From Cyanophora paradoxa CCMP329 (taxonomy: Eukaryota > Plantae > Glaucophyta), in assembly GCA_004431415.1 (NCBI GenBank), contig QPMI01000113.1, positions 251,794-315,793 of the forward strand: a DNA stretch of 64,000 bases. Reading direction: 5' to 3'. This document shows, one piece after another, positions 56,895 through 64,000 of this stretch (positions are counted from its first letter, which is position 1; each line of letters begins with the position of its first letter). Position numbers and translations under genes: made by a program. The notes under the pieces are model-generated. The model saw nothing but the letters and a program-made list of their open reading frames with translations, had not been told where the DNA came from and ran no database searches.

Positions 56895-59800
56895 TCAAAG
56901 GCGGATGGGCGCGCTCTCGGAGGAGGAGCGCGTCGTGCTGCGGCGATTGGAGAGGAGGCCCACGGATTCCTCGCGATCGTGCCTGCGCGTCGGAGCGTCG
57001 ACGTCGCGCGGACCGGAGTGCACGTGAGCTCGAGGCCGAAAACTTTCTCGAAACCCTAGCTCCGACGTGCGCGACGGGCGGAGCTCGAGATCTTAAGGGG
57101 TGGGGTCGCCGGCCGGGGCGTGCCTGGCGGTTCCGATGGCCACGTCCTGGGGGGCGCGGGCACGCCAGTGAGCAATGCGTATGCCGCGGGGCGTCAGAGG
57201 GGGGGGGGGGGGGGGGGCGGGGCGCACGGAGACGGAGACATCGTCGGGGTGGGTGACGGCGAGGAGGGGCCGGTCGCGGAGCTCGTCGGGGGCGTACCCC
57301 AGCAGGCTGCAGAACGCGTCGTCCACGGCCTGGATCGTCGAGGCGTGCCCTGCGTCGTCCACCCCGATCGAGATGTGGCCCTCCTGCTGACCGGGGTTCT
57401 CCTGGTCCGCCACCGACGCGATGAGCCTCCGCGGCCGCCCCTGCGCGACCCCGCGTCGGGGCAGGGCGGGGCGGCCCCGGGGGGGGCGGGCGGGCGCTCC
57501 GCGGCCTCCGCGCGGGCCGGGGAGAGGGGGGAGACGGGGCTGGGCCGGGGGGCGCACGCTCTCGTCCATCTCGACCTCAGCGTTGACGGTGACGCGCACC
57601 ACGCGCCCGTCCTTCCGCACGTACCGCTTCATGTACCTGCGCGGCGCTCGCGATCGGGCGGGACCGGCAGAGGCGGGGGGCGGGGCGGGACCGGCAGGAG
57701 CGGTGGTGGCCGCTGGAGCCGCCGGAGCCGTGGCTCGCATCGGGGTGCCCCTCGACAAGCAGCACGCAGCCGCAGGGGGCCGCCCCCTGCCCGTACGCGT
57801 GGAGGTGCCCCTGGGCGGGCCCCGCCCCGGCGGGGGCCTCCCCGGGGTCCACGCGGAGCTCGAGGGCGCCGGCGGCCTCCGCGGGGTTCCCGAGGCCCTC
57901 GGCGGCGGCCCACTGCTTGAGCTGCACCATGTCGCGGTCGCCCTTGCGGGGGCGCCCGAGCGGCACCGGCGCGTCCTTCGGCTTCGGCTTCGGCTTGCTC
58001 CAGTTCAGCGGGTTCGCCCGCAGGTACCCGCGCCCTGCCGCAGTCCGCCCCCGCGAGCTCGCGCCGGCACCCCGAGCGAGCAGGGGGGGGCGCGAGGCGG
58101 CCGCAGGGCGCCCGCACCGAAGCCGTACCAGAAGAAGAAGTCTGGGGCGAGAAGGTGTGAAGGGCAGGGGGGGTGGGGGGTGGCAGGGGGCGGGGGAGGG
58201 CGGATCCGCACCGACGAGGAAGAGGGCGCCGCAGATGTTGCCGACGGTGGCGAGGGCGATGTTGCGGAGGATCCAGTTCCACGTGATCCCCGCCTCCATC
58301 TCGTCCGCCCCGTACAGCAGCGCCATCGGCAGCATGTACATGTTCGCCACGCTGCCCCGCACCGCACCCCGCCCCCTCGAGCCGGCCCGGGAGGCGCCCG
58401 CGGCCGCCAGCGCTTCGCTCGCACCAGTGCTCGTAGCCGATGGCGGCGAAGGCCATGATGGGGTACCACCTGCGGGCACACCGCCGTCAGCGCCCCCGCC
58501 GCCGCCCGTGGCAAGGGGCCTCGCGCACATGTTGAACCACTTGCCGATGACATCCTCGGCCGCGTAGCTGCGGGGGCAGCGGGCGTGAGGCAGGGGTGGT
58601 AGGAGGGGCCGGGCGGCGGGCCGGGGGCGGGCCTGAGGTAGACGGCGAGGCAGACGAGGGCGTTGCAGCCCATGCCGCGCAGGAAGACCTGATACCACTT
58701 CCTGCGCAAGTTTGACGGCAAGTTTAATTTGACGATGGCGCAATTAATTTCCTGCGCACAGCTTGTACTTCTTGACGGCAAGTTTGACGACGAAGATGTG
58801 CCTGCGGGGCGGGAGGCGGGGGGTCGGGGTCGGGGTTGGGGCGGCGGCAGGGCGCCCTGCGCTGCGCACCAGGGGTCCGAGGCGAAGAGCTCCTGCGCGC
58901 AGGCCACCCCGCCCCTCTCAGCTCGGCGCGCGACGGGCCGGGCCGGCCGAGGCGCACCGCGTGCCACGCGAGGAAGTAGGCGCAGAAGAGGGCCCCGCAG
59001 AAGTTGCCGAACCACGACTGCGGCCCCGCCGTGAGCGGCCCCGCGCCGGCCCCGCCCGCGGCGCAGCGCGCAGGGCGCACGACGGTCCCTGCGGAGAGGC
59101 GGGAGGGTCAGAGGGCGTGGCGAGAGGGGCGCGGTGCGGGGCGGGGGCGGGGGCGGGGCCGACAGTTCTTGAGGAGGCCGCGGACGGTGCGCCAGCTGAA
59201 GCGGTGGATGACGTCGATCGCGTCGCACATTCTGATATTCATTTAATTTAAAGGTTGCCGTTCCGTTGGAATAGGACAAAAAGTGCACATGTTGGACGTC
59301 AGCAGCTCGGCCCCCGTGAAGACGACCTGGGGCGGGGGGTGAGGGGCGCCGCCCGGGGTCCTTGGGGCGGGGGCGCGGGGCGGGCGGGGCGGGCCATGAG
59401 GAGGCCGACGGGGAAGATGGCGCCGTAGAGGAGCTTCTGGATGCCGGGGGAGTCGTAGGAGCCGTCGTGGTTCGGGTGCCCGTCCTCGCAGTACAGGCCC
59501 CCCGCCACGATCTGCGCCCCCGCCCCCGCCCCCTCGCCTCGGCCCTCGCCGCCCGCCCCGCTCGCCCCCGAGCTCGCGCACGATCGAGGCCGTCGCTCCG
59601 AAGCCTGCGCCCCGCGACCCCGCCGGTCGGTTTGCGTCCGGCGAGGGCGGGCCGCCGCCGGCTCGAACTTACCGACGTACTTTGATCATGAGGGGACAAG
59701 TTCGGGGCGGGGCGCGTCAGCCGCGGCGGACGCGGCGCAGGCGCGCTGGCGGGAAGCGGGCGCTCACCAGGCCGGCCAGGAATGCCTGCGAGCAAGCGCC

Positions 59801-60212
59801 GAGTCGAGGGTCGGTCAGGAAGGGGCGACCGCGAGAGATGGGCGCGCAGGGCACAGGACGCGGACCTGAGTAAAGGTTCTGTGCCTGATCGCCGAGTGCA
59901 ACACACGTCAGTGACGCAGAGGCGCGTACGCGTGCACGGTAGCACCATGGCAGATCAAGGTTCTTTCGGGCTCCGGCCGCCTCCAGCGCCGCGTACGCTT
60001 CTCCTGGAGTCTTGTAGCCTCCTCCTGCTCCGTGTGAGCAGCAAGCAAGAGGAGCAGCAAGACGCGTACGGCCACAGTCGGATCCCCGGAAGAGATTCCG
60101 GTCCGCGGCCGCGCCGGCAGGAAAGAAAGCGGCAATGCCGGGCGCCTATGCACTAGCGCGCACGCGCAGCTATGGCACCCGGGGCGCGCTCGGGAGACGT
60201 GTACGCACCCAT
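56895..60212 (-). CDS. Formate/nitrite transporter (FNT, NAR1-like) with a C-terminal PAS-type domain
   Basis: AFLAGLYVGFG, FPVGLLM, FTGAELLTSN, GNFCGA, FLRGMGCNALVCLAV, FAAIGYEHCVANM and ATVGNICG; PAC- and PAS-like exons at 57228-57636. Ends approximate (alternative stop at 57093). Confidence 0.88.
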
Positions 60213-60697
60213 CACTGTTACTCTTTTCACGTCCCAGCTGCAGTGATGACCTGCCTTGTCGATCTCACTGCACGTGCGCCGCTGAAGGGAAAATTACTTA
60301 GACCAGATCTGAAAACCGCTGAGCGCGATGCTCGAGCTGCTTGCTGCTGCTGCTGCTGCTGTCTGTTGTCACAGTGTGTGGTATGCGCATGCAACCGTAT
60401 GCTCCACGTATACAAGCTAAAGCTAAAGCGCTTCGCGCGCGGCGCTTCGCTCGCTGACGCAATTGCGAACAACCGTCGGACTAACCGACGCGAATACGCA
60501 ACGCGTGACGTTCACGTCAGGGGAACTCTGGCGCTATGTCGCGTCACAGGCTCCTACGCAAAGAGGCTCAACTTGCGGTGCTCTGGCGTCTGCGAGCAGC
60601 GCCGCGAGCAGCCCACGACGTTGGACCAGTTTTGCAAGCTATATACCCCGCAGCCGACCCCCCCCCCTCCCCCCCCGCCGGCCTCTGCAGCAACTCT

Positions 60698-60789
60698 GCA
60701 GCGATCGCCGCGCCGGATCCTCAAGCGACTGTGCAGCGATCGCCGCGCGGGATCATCAAGCGAATCTGCAGCAATCGCCGCGCGGGATC
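60698..60789. repeat. Three copies of a 35 bp tandem repeat in the divergent promoter region
   Basis: GCAGCRATCGCCGCGCSGGATC at 60698, 60733 and 60768. Confidence 0.85.
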
Positions 60790-60852
60790 ACGATCGGAAG
60801 CGCAAGCGACTCCACCGGCGCAGTCCGCTAGCTACAGAGCTCCACGCGAGCG

Positions 60853-62723
60853 ATGTCCAAACCCGCGTACGAGCCAGGCGAGATCGGCTCGCTCCTGAGC
60901 GGGGGCACCGCCAAGAAGAAGAAGGGCGGTGCAGCGACTGAGCCGAGCCTCGCGGCGCTTTTCTCGAACCCGCAGGCGGCCATGCAGCCGGCGGGGTCCA
61001 AGGCGCCGTCAAAGAAAGCGGTCGCGCCGGCTCCCAAGAAGCGCCGCTCGCACGACAAGGTGAGCGACGAGAGCAGCAGCTCGTCCGACGAGGAGGGCGA
61101 GCGAGACGAGCCGGCGGCGGCTGCTGCGGGGGGCGGCGAGGAGGACGGCGGCGATGCGGGGAAAAGGGAGGAGAGCAAGCGGGAGGCGAAGCGGCGGCGG
61201 GAGGAGGAGGAGGCGGACAAGAACGGGCGCACGGTCTTCGTCGGCAACCTGGCCGTCTCCGTCACGCGTAAGGTGCCGGGCGCGGCGCCCCGCGCGGGGC
61301 GCGCGGTGGCGGGCCGAGCCGGGGCGGGGCGGGGCAGGAGCTGAAGAGGATGTTCGGGGTGTACGGGGAGGTCGAGTCCGTCCGCCTCCGCTCCATCGTC
61401 GCCGCCAAGGAGAAGGCGCGCCGGCAGCGCGCAGCGGCCGGCCGGGCGGGCCTGACGGGGCGGGGCGGCGGGGGCAGATGCCGCGGAAGGTGGCCTTCAT
61501 CACGGGCAGCTTCGGGGCCGACACCTGCAACGCCTACGTCGTCCGCCCCGCCCCCGCCCCCGCCGCCGCCCCGAGGGGAGGGAGAGGCGAGGCGGGGCGG
61601 GGCGCGGCGCGCAGGTGTTCGCGCAGGCGGAGGAGGCGGCGGCGGCGCAGGCGCACAACGGGACCCTCGTCGCCGGCAAGCGCCTCCGCGTCGACCTCGT
61701 CCGTGCACCGGCCCCCGCCCCCCGCCGCCCCGGCCCCGACCGCCCCCGCCGGCGCCCCCGCAGGCCACCGCCCAGAAGGACCCCACCCGCTCCGTCTTCG
61801 TCGGTGCGCCCCCCAGCGCCCGGCCCTCCCCGCCGCCCCCGCCCCCGCCCCCTCACGCCTCCGCAGGGAACCTGCCCCTCGGTAGCCCCCCGCCGGCCCG
61901 CTCGCCACGCCCCCGGTGCGGGCTGACGGCGTGCGGGCAGACGCGGAGGAGGACGCGCTGTGGGCGTTCTTCGAGGAGCGGCTGGGGGAGGGGGCCCTCG
62001 ACAAGGCCCGCCCCGCCCCCGCCCCCTCGCGCCGCCCCGCGCCGCACCCGCGAGCCGCCGGTGCAGGTGCGCCTGGTGAGGGACAAGACGACGCACAAGG
62101 GGAAGGGTGCGCGCCGCCGCCGGGCGCCCAGCTCCTCTCCCGCCAGCGTGACGCCCCCGCAGGCTTCGGCTTCGTGCACCTCCGGAGCGCGGCGACCGTC
62201 CCGGGGGCCCTCGTGCGCCCCCGGGGGGCCGTGGCGGGGCGGGGCGGGGGGGCTGAGGGCGGGCGCAGAAGCTGCACGCGACGGAGTTTGAGGGGCGCGC
62301 CCTCCGCGTCTTCCGCGCCCTCCCCGAGGAGAAGGCCGCGTCCGCCCGCCCCGCCCCCCGCCCGCCCCGGCCCCCGCCGAGCGCCTCCGAGGGGCGCCCG
62401 GCGGCAGCGCGGTCAAGGCGGTGCGGTCGGGGGCCGCCCCGGGTGCCTCCGCGCACTCCGTCCTCCAGAGCAAGGAGCGCACGCGGGACCGCGGCGAGCG
62501 GCCGTGGCAGGTGCGCGGGGGTTGCGGGGCGCGGGGCGGGGGTTGTGAGGCGGGGGGCGGGGCGGGGCAGGGCCTGCGGGCGTCGAAGACGATCGAGAAG
62601 AAGAAGGGGCCGGCGCGCGCGGAGAAGGCGAGGAAGGGGCGCGCGAACCCGGGGAAGCCCAAGGGCGCGCGCCCCGGCAAGGAGAAGAAGCAGCGCAAGC
62701 TCAAGAAGGCCGGCCTCGCCTGA
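60853..62723 (+). CDS. RBM34: RBM34/Nop12-like nucleolar two-RRM protein
   Basis: RTVFVGNL, VESVRLRS, NAYVVF, RLRVD, RSVFVGNLP, VRLVRDK..GKGFGFV and a Lys-rich tail. Confidence 0.85.
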
Positions 62724-63604
62724 CTCCCGCGCCCCGCTCGCCCCCCCGCCCCTTCGAGCTGCGGCGCGCCACCCTGTACACGCAGTGTGCAGACTCGTGC
62801 CCGCCCTCTCCAAACTCGTTCCCCGCACCCTCCGCGCCGCGGCGCACACGGATTGGGAGCTCCTCGGCGTGAGGGGAGCAGGGGGCGCGGGCGAGTCGAA
62901 GAGCTCGTCTAGCTGTAGCGGTCTGCAGCAAGCACGCTGCCACGTGCACCCTGGGCTCCCCCCGGGGCCCGCGGGGCCGCCGGCCCGGCAGCGCTGGCCA
63001 GGCTCCGAGACCCCGAGGGGGACTCCCGAGTCCCGGGTCGAGCTCCGAGGCTCGTGCCATTCGCCGAGTTACCGCCGCGCGCCGCCGGGCCCCGCGGCCA
63101 AATGGCACGGTGAGCTAGAGCACCAGACAAGCCTCACAGTCTCACGTGCACATGCGCATTGTGCTAGCTTCTGTACGCGTTCCGAGTTCCGAGTCCCAGA
63201 GTCCGGCGGTTTAATTAAATTTTAAGAGCCGTTGACTGGCTCTGCGGTAATCCGATCATCCGATGATCATGATCAATCCTTTAGCTGCCAAGTTCCAAGT
63301 ACTAAGTACCAGTAAATTATGAACGGAACAGGGACACTGCTGTCGCAGTGGCCCTGTTGGAGGCCCTGAGGGGAAGGACCTCTAAGTTCTGAGCAGGAAA
63401 GGGCAGGTTTAGGTTACAATTACGAAGTAGAGTCTGGATCACTAGCAGACCGCGCCCGGCCCTGTGCAAGTGCGCCAAGTGCGGGCCGCGGGTGCAAGGG
63501 GGGGTACTTGTACACATTACAGGGGGGGGGGGTGTTCCAGAGAGACGACTCGGCGAGGCAGGCGGGGTGGCGAGGCGGGCGGGTGGGATGGCGAGGCGGG
63601 CGGC

Positions 63605-64000
63605 GGCGGCGGCGGGCGGGAAAGCGGGAGCTCGAGGAGAGACAGGTGGCGCCGGGCCCTGAGCATAGCCTGCACATACGCACATCCGAGGCGTCAGCTC
63701 GCCCCGGACACAGGCCAGCGGGGGCAGCCGGGCCAGGTGCACAGCAGCAGCGGCGGGGCGAACCTGGAGTCGACGAAGCTGAAGCATCCGGCGGGCGGCG
63801 GGCGGGAAAACGGGATTAGCGGTAGGTGGCGCCGGGCCCTGCGCGTAGCCTGCGCATGCACAGGGCGGAGGCGTCAGCTGGCCCCGGACAGCGGCCGTGC
63901 GGGGGCGGCCGCGGGGGCGGGGCCCAGCGGCAGCGGCCGGGTGAGATGCGTAGCATGCGCAGCAGCGGCGGGGCGAACCTGGAGTCGACGAAGCTGAGGC
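63605..64000. repeat. At least two copies of a diverged ~185-210 bp tandem repeat running off the right edge
   Basis: AGGTGGCGCCGGGCCCTG and GCAGCGGCGGGGCGAACCTGGAGTCGACGAAGCTGA each occur twice. Confidence 0.8.

Overview
Very GC-rich, gene-dense eukaryotic (algal/protist) nuclear DNA; the style resembles glaucophyte-type genomes but the organism cannot be fixed from sequence. Host genes are split by many 45-110 nt introns (GTGCGC or GC donors, YAG acceptors), so most long ORFs in the track are spurious. About 15 genes can be traced: PMCA-type Ca-ATPase 5' end, TM/MORN/DUF900 hydrolase, coiled-coil protein, two membrane-bound class I PDEs (one rearranged), two EF-hand proteins, a conditioned-medium-factor-like protein, an SDR, a divergent plant-type PFK, an FNT channel and RBM34/Nop12. 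Three identical tRNA-Gln(CTG) genes form a cluster that is split by a complete 10.2 kb Ty3/Gypsy LTR retrotransposon (identical 283 bp LTRs, GTGCC TSD). There is also a CAC...GTG/TAA MITE and a TA-flanked Tc1/mariner-like non-autonomous element. Best leads: (1) three structured repeats in the retrotransposon 3' UTR that are complementary to its own unusual, T-loop-spanning primer-binding site; (2) an FNT channel fused to an apparently circularly permuted PAS domain; (3) intron biology: about 20-30% GC-AG introns, near-identical twin introns, and AT-rich introns that appear built from templated copies of flanking exon. All gene models were spliced by eye and are approximate.
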